A stretch of 64,000 nucleotides of DNA. Origin: Patescibacteria group bacterium. GTDB taxonomy: Bacteria > Patescibacteriota > Microgenomatia > UBA8517. The stretch is taken from the NCBI GenBank assembly GCA_026416845.1, contig JAOAEL010000002.1, forward strand, positions 111,422 to 175,421. Direction: 5' to 3'. The notes under the pieces were generated by a model. That model was not told the DNA's origin and did not search any database. It was given only the letters and a program-made list of their open reading frames with translations. How positions within the stretch are numbered: the first letter of the stretch is position 1; every line of letters starts with the position of its first letter. Of the stretch, positions 39,676 to 49,922 are shown one piece after another. Made by a program: the position numbers and the translations under genes.

Positions 39676-41064
39676 CTAAACCAAATTCTTTAACTTGCCT
39701 TCTATAATTTTCCAAAAATTGTTTACACCATCATCAGAAAGTTCTGCCAAGTTACTATTTTTTTTATACAAAGACATTTGTTTAAACAATCCTGAATGTT
39801 TGTATCTTAATATGAACCTTGCCGCAAGTCCCCCCTTTCTTGGCAACATTATTCCTCTCCAAGATTTCGCTTTTTCACCAAACAAATTTAGGACTTTTCC
39901 ATATTCTTTACTTTCCAGCAAACTGTCTAAAACACATTGCTCTTCTTGACTAGGTATCAAACCATGCCTTCTCATAAAGGAAAGGTTGTCGTATTCCTGC
40001 CTGCCAACAGGCTCTGAAAATAACATTATGACTCCACCAACCTGATTAGGACCCAGCAAGACTTTAAAAGATTGTTCGGAAGGTTTAGTGATTTCAAGAC
40101 TAAAAACTTTTGAACACATCGCATTTTCATAACTTAACACAACATCACGATCTAAATGATCGGCTATCAAATTAACTCCATAATTTGCTTCGCAGAAAGA
40201 TAAAAAATCTTTCGTATATCCTGACTCACGGGAAACAACTGTTACAATTCCTCTTTGTTTTTTTGTAACATAAGAGATTATATCCTTGTAATAATCAAGG
40301 TTTACAGCGGCTCCAGAAACAGGAATCATAATGTTTAAAGGCTTTGACTTACTTGATAATTGTTCAATTCTTAATCTCAAACCATTTTCACTGAGTCTTG
40401 TACAAAACTTGCTTGAAAAAGGATATGCATTTACAATCAAGTCCGGGCGCTTATCGGAATCAAATTTTTTAATATAGCCTGAAAAATATTCACAAGTTTT
40501 TTGACTCGGCACAAAAATCAAATCCGCGCCTTTCACTGCCCAAATAATTAAAGGCGTATCATCTGTAACTACTACGGATAAAACAATTTTTGTTTTGGCT
40601 TTTAAAGAAAGTCTTTGTTTAATTTGAGCAATTTGATGTGCCAAACTAACATGTGTAGCCACAATAACAACAACTTTTGGGTTTGGATTTCTTCTTCTAA
40701 TCATTTTAAGCAAACGTAAATAAACTTCCTGAGGATACTTTCTAAGATAATAGACATAGAGTTTAGTAATGATTGACTCGGTATAGCAATTGGTTTGCAG
40801 AAACTCCATTATTTTCCGCAAGAATACTTTCTGCGACGTTATTCTGTGCATCATTTGAACTTTAGGATCATTAACACCCAAAATCTCGCTTCGCACATTT
40901 GAAGGCAATTCTCCGCGCAAAGCTTCCATCACCCTTATATGTCCAAGCCCCGCAGGCGACGTTGTAAATACAATCATCACATTTTCTTTAGTAATATTGT
41001 TAAACCTAATATCTTTTCTCATATTAGAATTAAAATAATTAAACGCCACATGTATCCCACACAA
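39676..41064 (-). CDS. GT-B fold glycosyltransferase (MurG/MGDG-synthase-like, GT28-type)
   Basis: N-terminal MIVFTTSPAGLGHIRVMEAL (glycine-rich GxGH loop of GT28 N-domain) and C-terminal EPVGRQEYDNLSFMRRHGL (P-x-GQEE-N…L…G donor-binding motif); true start probably Met15 or Met30 of the ORF. Confidence 0.5.
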   Translation of the reverse strand: MCGIHVAFNYFNSNMRKDIRFNNITKENVMIVFTTSPAGLGHIRVMEALRGELPSNVRSEILGVNDPKVQMMHRITSQKVFLRKIMEFLQTNCYTESIITKLYVYYLRKYPQEVYLRLLKMIRRRNPNPKVVVIVATHVSLAHQIAQIKQRLSLKAKTKIVLSVVVTDDTPLIIWAVKGADLIFVPSQKTCEYFSGYIKKFDSDKRPDLIVNAYPFSSKFCTRLSENGLRLRIEQLSSKSKPLNIMIPVSGAAVNLDYYKDIISYVTKKQRGIVTVVSRESGYTKDFLSFCEANYGVNLIADHLDRDVVLSYENAMCSKVFSLEITKPSEQSFKVLLGPNQVGGVIMLFSEPVGRQEYDNLSFMRRHGLIPSQEEQCVLDSLLESKEYGKVLNLFGEKAKSWRGIMLPRKGGLAARFILRYKHSGLFKQMSLYKKNSNLAELSDDGVNNFWKIIEGKLKNLV

Positions 41065-41105
41065 TTCCAGGAAAAATCAGTTCGTAACTTTTCAAAATTT
41101 AATAT

Positions 41106-42809
41106 TTGTATTATTATCATTATTACAAACGTAATAAATTTATACACATACATACCAAAAACAAAATGTTTGAAACAGACAACACAAGCTTAAAAGACCC
41201 TTCAGATTCGGGTGATAGCAATATAAAAAACCAATCTAGTTTAGACATTAACGCTAAATATAAAAACGATAGCAATGTTTTAATTAAGTCGTTAAAAGAA
41301 ATTATTCCTCCTAGAGAAAAAATAATTACAATACTTTCTTTAATGATTTTAATATGTATACTAATAATAACCATAAACACTGGATCTAACATTTTAAATT
41401 GGACAAAAAATAAAATAGATCTCAAAAATGTCGACAATAATCAGGCCACACTTGAAAAATTTACAAATCAAGATAGGAATTACGCTCAAGAAAGTGAATA
41501 TTTGATTAGAGATAAAAGTGAAATTATAGAATCCGTAATAGTAAAACAAATAAAAACTGAAAATAAAAATCTTGGTTACAAAATGCAAGGCTTTATAATT
41601 CCAACCTTTTCTGAAAATAACCTCTACTCTCTCATGTTTAGTAATATTCCTATAACATCAAACGGGAATATAATTCATACTCAAAGCGGAAACTTCGATG
41701 TAATCACAAACACGAATCTAATGGGTGGAATAAACTTTGATTTGAACAAGTTATCTGACAATATATTTTTCAGATTAAATTCCGTTCCGGAAGAAATTTT
41801 AAACATTTTGGGGATTAGAAAAGAAGACATAAAACCAATACTTAATGAATGGGTTTACATTTCGGATAAAAAAAATTTGCTTCAGAAAAAATCTACTGAC
41901 AGTGAAAAGCTAAACGAATTGGCACTCATAATCATAAATTCAATAAGCTTAGAGAAAATCAAAATTGAAAACGATAACATCGATAGCGAAAAAATAATCA
42001 AAATAAAAATAGAACAAGACTCGAATAACTTTGATGATTTAATAAGAAATACAAATAAATGGTACTTGGAAGAAACCGGGTCTTACATTTATTTCAAAGA
42101 TAAAAATATAAAATTCTCCGACGTATTTGAGAAACTCAAAGCAGATTTTTGGTTAGATGCAAACGACTACTCACCCAAAAGAGTTATGCTATCAGGAAAA
42201 TATAAACCAATACTAGACAAAGATATATCAAGTATAAACTTTCTTAACATAAAAGATTTTAATTTTGTAATTGATATAAAATTTACAGAAAATCAACAAA
42301 CATCCACTAATACTCCAAGAAATTTTCAAACCTATAAAGAATACATAAATAAAATAAACTCGGTTTTGACAAATATTATTATTGAAGGCAAAAGAGATAG
42401 TTTGTTTAATCAAATTATAAACAATTACTTTATGGACGAGAAAGGTAGAAAAGTTATATCTGAGAATCAAAAATTAATAGATTTTGTGAAAATTTTGCAA
42501 GCAATTTCAAGGTATGAATCTGACTGTAAAGATTTTCCTGATTCTTTAGATGAACTTATACAATCAGTTAAAGCATGCAATACAAAAAAAAGTTACTTTG
42601 ATAATCTAAACTTTAATCCTTTGGACCAAACTGCATTCTACTACCAAAAATACACAGACAGAAAAGCATTTAGTTTGTGTGTAAATTTTTCAGAAGAGCA
42701 AAGAAAAAATTTTGGTTACGCAAGTAGCGATCCTTGTCCTAATCCTTCGTTCAATACACATTTTTATCTTAACAGATATCCTTGGAATACGTCTACACTA
42801 AACAATTAA
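41106..42809 (+). CDS. membrane-anchored Asn/Ile/Lys-rich hypothetical protein
   Basis: 567 aa; single N-terminal TM (IITILSLMILICILIITI); extremely AT-rich coding sequence; likely start MFETD (41166). Confidence 0.5.
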   Translation: MYYYHYYKRNKFIHIHTKNKMFETDNTSLKDPSDSGDSNIKNQSSLDINAKYKNDSNVLIKSLKEIIPPREKIITILSLMILICILIITINTGSNILNWTKNKIDLKNVDNNQATLEKFTNQDRNYAQESEYLIRDKSEIIESVIVKQIKTENKNLGYKMQGFIIPTFSENNLYSLMFSNIPITSNGNIIHTQSGNFDVITNTNLMGGINFDLNKLSDNIFFRLNSVPEEILNILGIRKEDIKPILNEWVYISDKKNLLQKKSTDSEKLNELALIIINSISLEKIKIENDNIDSEKIIKIKIEQDSNNFDDLIRNTNKWYLEETGSYIYFKDKNIKFSDVFEKLKADFWLDANDYSPKRVMLSGKYKPILDKDISSINFLNIKDFNFVIDIKFTENQQTSTNTPRNFQTYKEYINKINSVLTNIIIEGKRDSLFNQIINNYFMDEKGRKVISENQKLIDFVKILQAISRYESDCKDFPDSLDELIQSVKACNTKKSYFDNLNFNPLDQTAFYYQKYTDRKAFSLCVNFSEEQRKNFGYASSDPCPNPSFNTHFYLNRYPWNTSTLNN

Positions 42810-42852
42810 AATCAAAAATTTAACAAAAAAAGTTTATAGATTATAATCGCAA

Positions 42853-43995
42853 ATGATGTCACCTGAGACAGTTACAATAAACGAAATTTGTGAAATTCCA
42901 GTTCATGAAGTGCCAGCTATTGCATCCTTGCCTAAATTAGAAAAAGTAATGCAAGGTACAATTACCATAGATCAATCCACAGATTTTTTTGCAAACAGTG
43001 TAACCTACTCATCAGACAAAGAAATAATCAATAGATTTACCCAAGAATGTTGTGGATTTATAAATGGCAACGCAATAGCAACTCCCGCAGTAAGAGCGCA
43101 TTCTGGGTTTCTTCATATCATGTTTACACAAGGAAATACTTTTGATCTTTTCCCTGAAACTACCAAACAGCTTAGTCAACTATACCCTGATACCATCACA
43201 GAAATTTTCAAATCTACATCAGAAGCCGCTTATTCTGGAATTAATAATCTTAGAATAGACCGAATTTCTGTAGGAGCCGCTTATGGAATTTGGAAATCGA
43301 TTAATCCATGGCATTTACAGTTCGCATGCTGGGATAATGAAACAATTAACAAGGCACGTCGTTTGCAGATTCAACATGCTCCAGAAAATTTGCAAGGGCT
43401 TTTGCGCGCAAACCAAAGAGGAATAGAAACAGCTATAATATTCTCGCAAAGAATAAATCCTGATCTACTTCAAACATTAGAAAAATGCGGCTTTGGTTTA
43501 AACAATTACACCATATATTCGTCAGGCACAATTTCATATTCAAGTAACCTGCCAATTTGGGAAATACTAAAATACGCAAGTGTATTTTGGCCACAAATTG
43601 AGCAATTATCTTTAGATGCTTGGAATATAAATTCATCACGCTACTGCTCTCCCGGAAACAACAGCGCATGGGTAAATGAACAAAAAAGAATAGGAATCGC
43701 AATATCTTTGGTATATGAAAAAAACCAAACTAGACTTAATATCATGTTCGGTCGCAAAATGGGAGGTTACGTTGAAGGCGGTATTCACGAAGGAGAAGAA
43801 AGAAAAACAATTGGTGGGCCTATTGAGGCTGGAGGACACGCAATTGAAAGAGATATGCATAAAAGCGAAAAATATATACGATACTGCCTCTCTTTTCATG
43901 AAAACTGCTTTAGAATATTAGAAAAAGTTTCAAACTGCCAAATAAATTTCCATAACTACCAAATATTGCTTAAACTAAAGGATCACTTTAAATAA
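42853..43995 (+). CDS. hypothetical protein (380 aa)
   Basis: Long ORF, no TM, no recognisable motif. Confidence 0.5.
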   Translation: MMSPETVTINEICEIPVHEVPAIASLPKLEKVMQGTITIDQSTDFFANSVTYSSDKEIINRFTQECCGFINGNAIATPAVRAHSGFLHIMFTQGNTFDLFPETTKQLSQLYPDTITEIFKSTSEAAYSGINNLRIDRISVGAAYGIWKSINPWHLQFACWDNETINKARRLQIQHAPENLQGLLRANQRGIETAIIFSQRINPDLLQTLEKCGFGLNNYTIYSSGTISYSSNLPIWEILKYASVFWPQIEQLSLDAWNINSSRYCSPGNNSAWVNEQKRIGIAISLVYEKNQTRLNIMFGRKMGGYVEGGIHEGEERKTIGGPIEAGGHAIERDMHKSEKYIRYCLSFHENCFRILEKVSNCQINFHNYQILLKLKDHFK

Positions 43996-44060
43996 CACTG
44001 AAAAATCAATTAAAAAACAATTTATTTAGAGGTAAACTAAGATTAGAATATAATAAGCAC

Positions 44061-44837
44061 ATGTACTATCCTCAAGATTATATTCCACCACCACCAAAAA
44101 TAAAAAATAAAAGCAAAATTAAATTGATTTTTATTATTGCTGCAATAATGCTCCTAACAAATTTAACTGCTGGTTTTTTAGGATTTACGTATGGAAGAAT
44201 AATTTCTCAAAACACAAATCAAAGCATGTCGCTAATCTCAAATACGCTAACAACCTCCATACCAACGCAAAATGTTACTTCTATATCAATTACTGTAAGT
44301 CCTACCTTTAACTTAACAAGAGAAAGATCTTTAATATTAAACATTGAAAACTCTCTCTCTGGAAACGTAGAAAGTTCAAGTTCAAGCGCAGACATTAAGA
44401 AAAACATCATTGTCGGAGAAACAGAATCAGGTTTCTCAAGAGGTTTCTTAACTTTTGATATCACAAAAATACCAGCCAAAGCAAAGGTAAATTCTGCTGT
44501 AATTAGATTTGATTTAGAATATAAAAGTTTACCTTCACAGTATGGCAAGTTATACATAGACCATCTCACATATGGAGACAGTCTTGATCCTTCAGATTAT
44601 GCATTAAGCTCGCTGGTTTCCAATATCTCTCAAGTTAAAATTGAGAAAAACAAAGCTGAAGCGGATATTACAAAAGTTTTAGCAAATGATGTAGATAATT
44701 CTCGAGCGAAAAGCCAGATTAGGATTCATTATGAAATTGAAAAAAAGTTTGCAAACTCTCTCTCCTCAAACTTGCAAATACCAAAACAAACTATATATCT
44801 TGAAGTGAAATACACATTGCCAAAAGTTTCAGAATAG
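44061..44837 (+). CDS. membrane-anchored Ser-rich hypothetical protein (258 aa)
   Basis: N-terminal TM LIFIIAAIMLLTNLTAGFLGF; beta-rich Ser/Thr-rich ectodomain. Confidence 0.5.
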   Translation: MYYPQDYIPPPPKIKNKSKIKLIFIIAAIMLLTNLTAGFLGFTYGRIISQNTNQSMSLISNTLTTSIPTQNVTSISITVSPTFNLTRERSLILNIENSLSGNVESSSSSADIKKNIIVGETESGFSRGFLTFDITKIPAKAKVNSAVIRFDLEYKSLPSQYGKLYIDHLTYGDSLDPSDYALSSLVSNISQVKIEKNKAEADITKVLANDVDNSRAKSQIRIHYEIEKKFANSLSSNLQIPKQTIYLEVKYTLPKVSE

Positions 44838-44848
44838 AAATAGAATAA

Positions 44849-44877
44849 TTGTCAATATTAACATATGTTGGTAAAAT
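44849..44877 (+). promoter_or_regulatory. sigma70-like promoter upstream of rpsU
   Basis: TTGTCA -17 nt- TAAAAT, followed by AAGGAGG Shine-Dalgarno 7 nt before the rpsU ATG. Confidence 0.5.
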
Positions 44878-44930
44878 ATCAGTTAAGAAATTAATTAAAT
44901 TAAAATTCAAAAAAAAGGAGGCGAAAATTA

Positions 44931-45125
44931 ATGGTGTTAGTAATTAAACAAAAAGGCGAATCAGAAGACAAATTGATTGCAAGGTTCAAAAAAAAGATTC
45001 TTGATTCTGGTCTCTTGGAAGAATTAAAAGAACGCCAAAGATTTAAATCTGCGGCAGAAAAAAGAAAAGAACGAAAAAAAAGAATCAAATACGCAATAGA
45101 ATTGGAAAAAAGAAGAAAGTATTAA
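44931..45125 (+). CDS. rpsU: 30S ribosomal protein S21
   Basis: 64 aa, MVLVIKQKGESEDKLIARFKKKILDSGLLEELKERQRFKSAAEKRKERKK… S21 pattern; strong SD. Confidence 0.8.
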   Translation: MVLVIKQKGESEDKLIARFKKKILDSGLLEELKERQRFKSAAEKRKERKKRIKYAIELEKRRKY

Positions 45126-45204
45126 ACATCAAATTTTTCTATCTTTCAACTAAAAAAATAAATTACTAAAGGAAAATCCTCGGCGCCCTCGCAAGTATTC
45201 TTTT

Positions 45205-46626
45205 ATGTTCAAAAAAATAAAAACATATCTTTTATTAACAATCAAACAAAGACCTTTGGCAATTTTTTTGTTGGCATTAATTTTGCTTGTTTCAATCTTA
45301 TTTATATCCAATAACTTTATTCCCAAAGAAAGTTCTCTAAAAAATTCTCCTTTATCAAATCCAAACAAAAAACAAGTTGAGATTTTTAATGTCAATGAAA
45401 ACTTTTTTTACACTATAAACGCTACAAACGATGAAACACAAGAAATACATATCTATCCTCAGGTGTCTGGAGTAATCAGTCATTTCTACAAAAAAGAAGG
45501 TGACCAAGTAAAAGTAAATGATCCCTTGTTTAAAATATCTAACAATTACTCTGGTGCAAATTCTGCAGAAATACAATTATCTATTGCCAAAAACTCCAAA
45601 GATTTATTTGAAAAAAACTATGAAAGTCAAATTAAAATTATAGAATTACAAAAAGAGCTGGCAGAAAAAACTGATAACCAATCAGACACGCTTAGAGAAA
45701 TATCCAGAGACACCTTAAAAAGATCAAAAGAAATTTTATCACTTAGCGAAGCTCTTTTAACCGATATTCAAAAATCAAAAGATACACTAATAAATACAAA
45801 CACAAACGGACAAAATGATACTCAAATAGTACAAATTAAACAATCAGAGATAAATTTGTTATCCTCAATAAGCGCTTTGAAAAGTTCAATTGATCAAAGC
45901 GAATTCTCTACTTCAGATAAAAACTCTCCGGCTCAAATATCCAACATAACAAAAGAATTAACAATCAAACAGCTTGATGTACAAAAAAACACTTTAGAAA
46001 ACACCAAAAAAATCAACGAACTAAACCTTTTATTGGCGCAAGTAAATCTAAATAATTTCGTTCCAAGCTCGCCTTGCAATGGAATATTAAATCAGATAAA
46101 TGTAAATAAATTTGACACAGTTAACCCAAACACCAAACTTGGAACCGTTATATGCAGTGACAACAATAAATTAAAAGCATCTGCCAATATACCTGCCGAA
46201 ATAGCAAAGAAAATAAACTTAAAAATACCAACAACCGCGGAATATAACGAAGGGAAAGAAACCAAAGCTAAAATATTATACATCTCCAAATATACAATAA
46301 ACGAATATCAAAACAAAATAAAATTCTTAATTGATAAACCTGAAACAATATCATTGCCAAAAAACATAAAAATTAAATTGCCAATAGGCAACAATGATAT
46401 TACAAACTTAATTGTTCCAATAGATTCAATTCATCAAACTGAAGGCGGTGCAAGCCTGTATATTCCCACAAATATAGATGGTACAGAAAATTACATTGCC
46501 CAGTCTGTAAAAATAAAAATCAAAAAAGTTATTGGTTACTACGCTGTTGTTGAACCAGAACAAAAAATTGAAAAAGTTATTGTCACAAGAGGAATATCAA
46601 ACAATGATCCAATTATTCTTCGCTAA
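45205..46626 (+). CDS. efflux periplasmic adaptor (membrane fusion protein, HlyD/AcrA-like)
   Basis: N-terminal TM; lipoyl-like beta domain (IYPQVSGVISHFYKKEGDQVKVNDPLFKI), long coiled coil; immediately upstream of RND pump. Confidence 0.6.
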   Translation: MFKKIKTYLLLTIKQRPLAIFLLALILLVSILFISNNFIPKESSLKNSPLSNPNKKQVEIFNVNENFFYTINATNDETQEIHIYPQVSGVISHFYKKEGDQVKVNDPLFKISNNYSGANSAEIQLSIAKNSKDLFEKNYESQIKIIELQKELAEKTDNQSDTLREISRDTLKRSKEILSLSEALLTDIQKSKDTLINTNTNGQNDTQIVQIKQSEINLLSSISALKSSIDQSEFSTSDKNSPAQISNITKELTIKQLDVQKNTLENTKKINELNLLLAQVNLNNFVPSSPCNGILNQINVNKFDTVNPNTKLGTVICSDNNKLKASANIPAEIAKKINLKIPTTAEYNEGKETKAKILYISKYTINEYQNKIKFLIDKPETISLPKNIKIKLPIGNNDITNLIVPIDSIHQTEGGASLYIPTNIDGTENYIAQSVKIKIKKVIGYYAVVEPEQKIEKVIVTRGISNNDPIILR

Positions 46627-46631
46627 CAAAA

Positions 46632-49600
46632 ATGTCTATTTCTTATCTTAAAAAAATAAAATTTGACAAAAGATTAGCGAATACTTTTTTGGAAAAGTAC
46701 ATATCAAACATAAGAATAGTTGTTCTTTTGTTGTTGCTAATAATTGCTGGCGGTTTGTATTCATACTTTGAATTACCTCGAAAACTCAATCCGGAAGTTG
46801 AAATCCCAATAATAAATGTGGTAACAGCTTTACCTCAAGCTTCGACAAGCGACATTGAAACCTTAATTACCATACCGCTTGAAAAAAAACTGTCAAATCT
46901 AGCGGGGCTAAAAGAAATAAACTCAATATCCCAAGAAGGAGTTTCGATAATCAATCTTGAATTTAGCTCAAACACAAACCCTCAATTAGCAAAATCCGAG
47001 GTGGAAGAAATTGTTGACAGTGTAGTTTTGCCAGACAGTGCAAATGATCCAGATGTATCATTGCTGGATTTTGAAAACACACCAATATGGACATTTGCGA
47101 TTAGGTCAAGGCTCGAAGATGAAAACAGTTTAAATATTTTTGTCAAAGAATTAAAAGACAGTTTAGAAAAACTAAGTTCTATAGACAAAATCAATTTAAT
47201 CGGGCATCAAGAAAACGAAATAGAAATTAAACTAAAAGAGTCTTTTTATAGTCAAAATGAAATAAACCCCATACAACTTTCGCAAATAATAAAAAATGGT
47301 CTGGCAAGTTATCCAATAGGTAAAATCAAAACAGACAATTATTCTTTTAATTTAAGCATCAACCCCCAAATTAATGACATAATAGACATAAGAGAAATAA
47401 TAATTAACATAAATAACAAAAATTATTACCTGTATGAAATAGCTGATATCTCGGAAAAACAAATAAAAAAATCTTCTCAAGTTTTTTTGGCCAACAAGAA
47501 TTTGAATCCAGCAAATGCTATCTTAGTTGAAGTTTACAAAACTAAATCAGCAAAAATTGATAATGCTCAAAAACAAGCAAGCCAAATTGTTTATCAGAAA
47601 ATAACAGAAAGATATGGACAATTTCAAATATTTGAAATCTCAAATAACGCTCAAGAAATAACAGATCAGTTTAATGATTTGGTAAAGGAATTTAGAACAA
47701 CCATAATTCTTGTTTTTGCTACTATATCAATCTTCCTTGGGATAAAACAAGGATTGATATCTCTACTAACTGTCCCACTTACATACTTAAGCGCATTTTT
47801 TTTCATGAATGTTTTTGGAATATCCATAAATTTTTTATCTTTGTTTTCTTTGCTTTTAGCGCTTGGACTTTTGGTGGACGACACCATAGTTGTGGTCTCC
47901 GCAATGACTGCTTATTACAAAACAGGAAAATTTAGCCCAGTGCAAACAGGATTAATGGTTTGGAGAGACACAATCAAGCCAATATGGTCTACCACTCTAA
48001 CAACAATTTGGTCATTCGTTCCTTTGCTTTTAGCAATTGGAATTATTGGCGAATTCATAAAACCAATACCTGTTGTGGTAACAGTAACAATGATCTCATC
48101 AACGGCTATTGCTGTACTTATAACATTGCCATTAATGATTATCTTTTTAAAACCAAAAATACCAAAAAGAGTAATTGTTTTTATTCAAATTATTACAGCT
48201 ATGGCAATAATTGCGCTTTTGTATTTATTTTCTGGCAAAAGCATAATATTTCCACTTATTGTTGTAACTTATCTAGCAACAATTGCAATTTTTATATTAG
48301 TCAAAAAAGACATACTCAATTACTTCAAAAAAAGAAAATTGCCAAACATAATATTAAAAAATATAGACAAAGGTATTGTTAATCTTCAGAAACTATCAAT
48401 TCATTACAATAAATTGATAAAAAAAGTTTTAGCAAGCAAAAATGCTCCTTTAAAAATAATAATTGCAATTGCATTATATTCAATAATAGGGTTTTTACTT
48501 ATTCCACTCGGATTGGTTAAGTCAGAATTTTTCCCAAAATCACCTTCTGATCAAATATTTATCAACTTAAAATTTGCAAGTGGAACAAATTTAGAAAAAA
48601 ATAATGAAGCAACAAGGAATTTTATAAATCAAATAAGAGAAATAGAAGGCATAAATACAATAACAGCCATCACAGGCAAAAATTTTGCCACAACCAGAAG
48701 TTCAAGAGAATCTGAAAACTATTCTTACATAACATTGACCTTGCCCCAAGAGAAAGAACAGAAAATAAATTCAATTCAGATAGCAAATCAAATTCGCGAT
48801 AAATTTTCAAACATCAGCGATTTTAAAGTTGATGTAATAGAAATATCAGGCGGACCGCCTGTGGGGGCTGATATTGAATTCACAATATTAGGAGATAATT
48901 TAGCTGAACTCGAAAGAATCTCAGAAAATTTAGTCACACAATTAAAAAATGACAACCAACTCGCAAACATTCAAACTTCATTTAAAGAAAGTGCTAGCAG
49001 AATCACATACTTGCCAAATTATCAAAAATTAAACGATTATGGATTAAACACAACACAAATTGCATTGGCTCTAAAAACATTCATTTCAGGATATGAATTA
49101 GCAAAAACAAGTTTTGGTGGCACTTTGTCTAAAGAAATCGCTATAAACTTAAAAACAGGATCTGAAACTGAAATAGAATATTTATCAAATATAAGAGTAT
49201 TCTCTAGAAATAATTCCTACACCTTGGGAGAAATTGGCGAATTTACTTCTAATCCCAGCTTGAGTGAAATTCTAAGAGAAAACGGCAAAAGAAAATTCAC
49301 TATAACTGCAAGTGTGGTTCAAGGAGTTTCTGCCACAGAAAAAGGCGCTGAAATAAAAAGAATACTCGAATCAACAAAGTTGCCAAACGGATATTCATAT
49401 AAGATAGGTGGTGTTAATGAAGAAAATGAAGCCTCAGTAAGATCAATCATTCTGGCAATGGGAGTGGCATTTACACTAATACTAATAACTATGGTTATAC
49501 AGTTTAACTCTTTCCGTCAAGCCATAGTTGTTTTAATTGTAATACCACTTGCGGTTTCAAGTGTATTTTGGGCTTTTTCTTTCCTAAAAATACCCCTTTC

Positions 49601-49922
49601 ATTCCCTGCGCTGATAGGGATTTTATCGCTTTTTGGAATTGTAGTCACCAACTCCATGTTTATAGTAGATAAAATAAATATCAACCTCAAAGAAAAGATG
49701 AAATTCAAAGACGCTATAGCAGACGCCGGATCAAGCAGACTAGAGCCAATTATTCTGACTAAATTATCAACAGTATTAGGCTTATTGCCAATAACTTTGT
49801 CTGATCCTCTATGGAGAGGGCTTGGCGGCGCAATAATATCAGGACTTTTATTGGCAAGCACAATAATGCTTTTATTTATACCTTGCGTTTATTATTTATT
49901 ATTTAAACCTCAAAAAGGCTAA
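46632..49922 (+). CDS. RND-superfamily efflux transporter permease (AcrB-like)
   Basis: 1096 aa; two 6-TM bundles each preceded by a large periplasmic loop; conserved TM4-like LALGLLVDDTIVV. Confidence 0.7.
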   Translation: MSISYLKKIKFDKRLANTFLEKYISNIRIVVLLLLLIIAGGLYSYFELPRKLNPEVEIPIINVVTALPQASTSDIETLITIPLEKKLSNLAGLKEINSISQEGVSIINLEFSSNTNPQLAKSEVEEIVDSVVLPDSANDPDVSLLDFENTPIWTFAIRSRLEDENSLNIFVKELKDSLEKLSSIDKINLIGHQENEIEIKLKESFYSQNEINPIQLSQIIKNGLASYPIGKIKTDNYSFNLSINPQINDIIDIREIIININNKNYYLYEIADISEKQIKKSSQVFLANKNLNPANAILVEVYKTKSAKIDNAQKQASQIVYQKITERYGQFQIFEISNNAQEITDQFNDLVKEFRTTIILVFATISIFLGIKQGLISLLTVPLTYLSAFFFMNVFGISINFLSLFSLLLALGLLVDDTIVVVSAMTAYYKTGKFSPVQTGLMVWRDTIKPIWSTTLTTIWSFVPLLLAIGIIGEFIKPIPVVVTVTMISSTAIAVLITLPLMIIFLKPKIPKRVIVFIQIITAMAIIALLYLFSGKSIIFPLIVVTYLATIAIFILVKKDILNYFKKRKLPNIILKNIDKGIVNLQKLSIHYNKLIKKVLASKNAPLKIIIAIALYSIIGFLLIPLGLVKSEFFPKSPSDQIFINLKFASGTNLEKNNEATRNFINQIREIEGINTITAITGKNFATTRSSRESENYSYITLTLPQEKEQKINSIQIANQIRDKFSNISDFKVDVIEISGGPPVGADIEFTILGDNLAELERISENLVTQLKNDNQLANIQTSFKESASRITYLPNYQKLNDYGLNTTQIALALKTFISGYELAKTSFGGTLSKEIAINLKTGSETEIEYLSNIRVFSRNNSYTLGEIGEFTSNPSLSEILRENGKRKFTITASVVQGVSATEKGAEIKRILESTKLPNGYSYKIGGVNEENEASVRSIILAMGVAFTLILITMVIQFNSFRQAIVVLIVIPLAVSSVFWAFSFLKIPLSFPALIGILSLFGIVVTNSMFIVDKININLKEKMKFKDAIADAGSSRLEPIILTKLSTVLGLLPITLSDPLWRGLGGAIISGLLLASTIMLLFIPCVYYLLFKPQKG

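Noticed and set aside
39452-39679. 75-aa ORF downstream of the 772-aa gene
   Set aside because: No ATG in frame (ORF-track start is TTG), no SD; open frame extends upstream without start; likely non-coding or unreliable.
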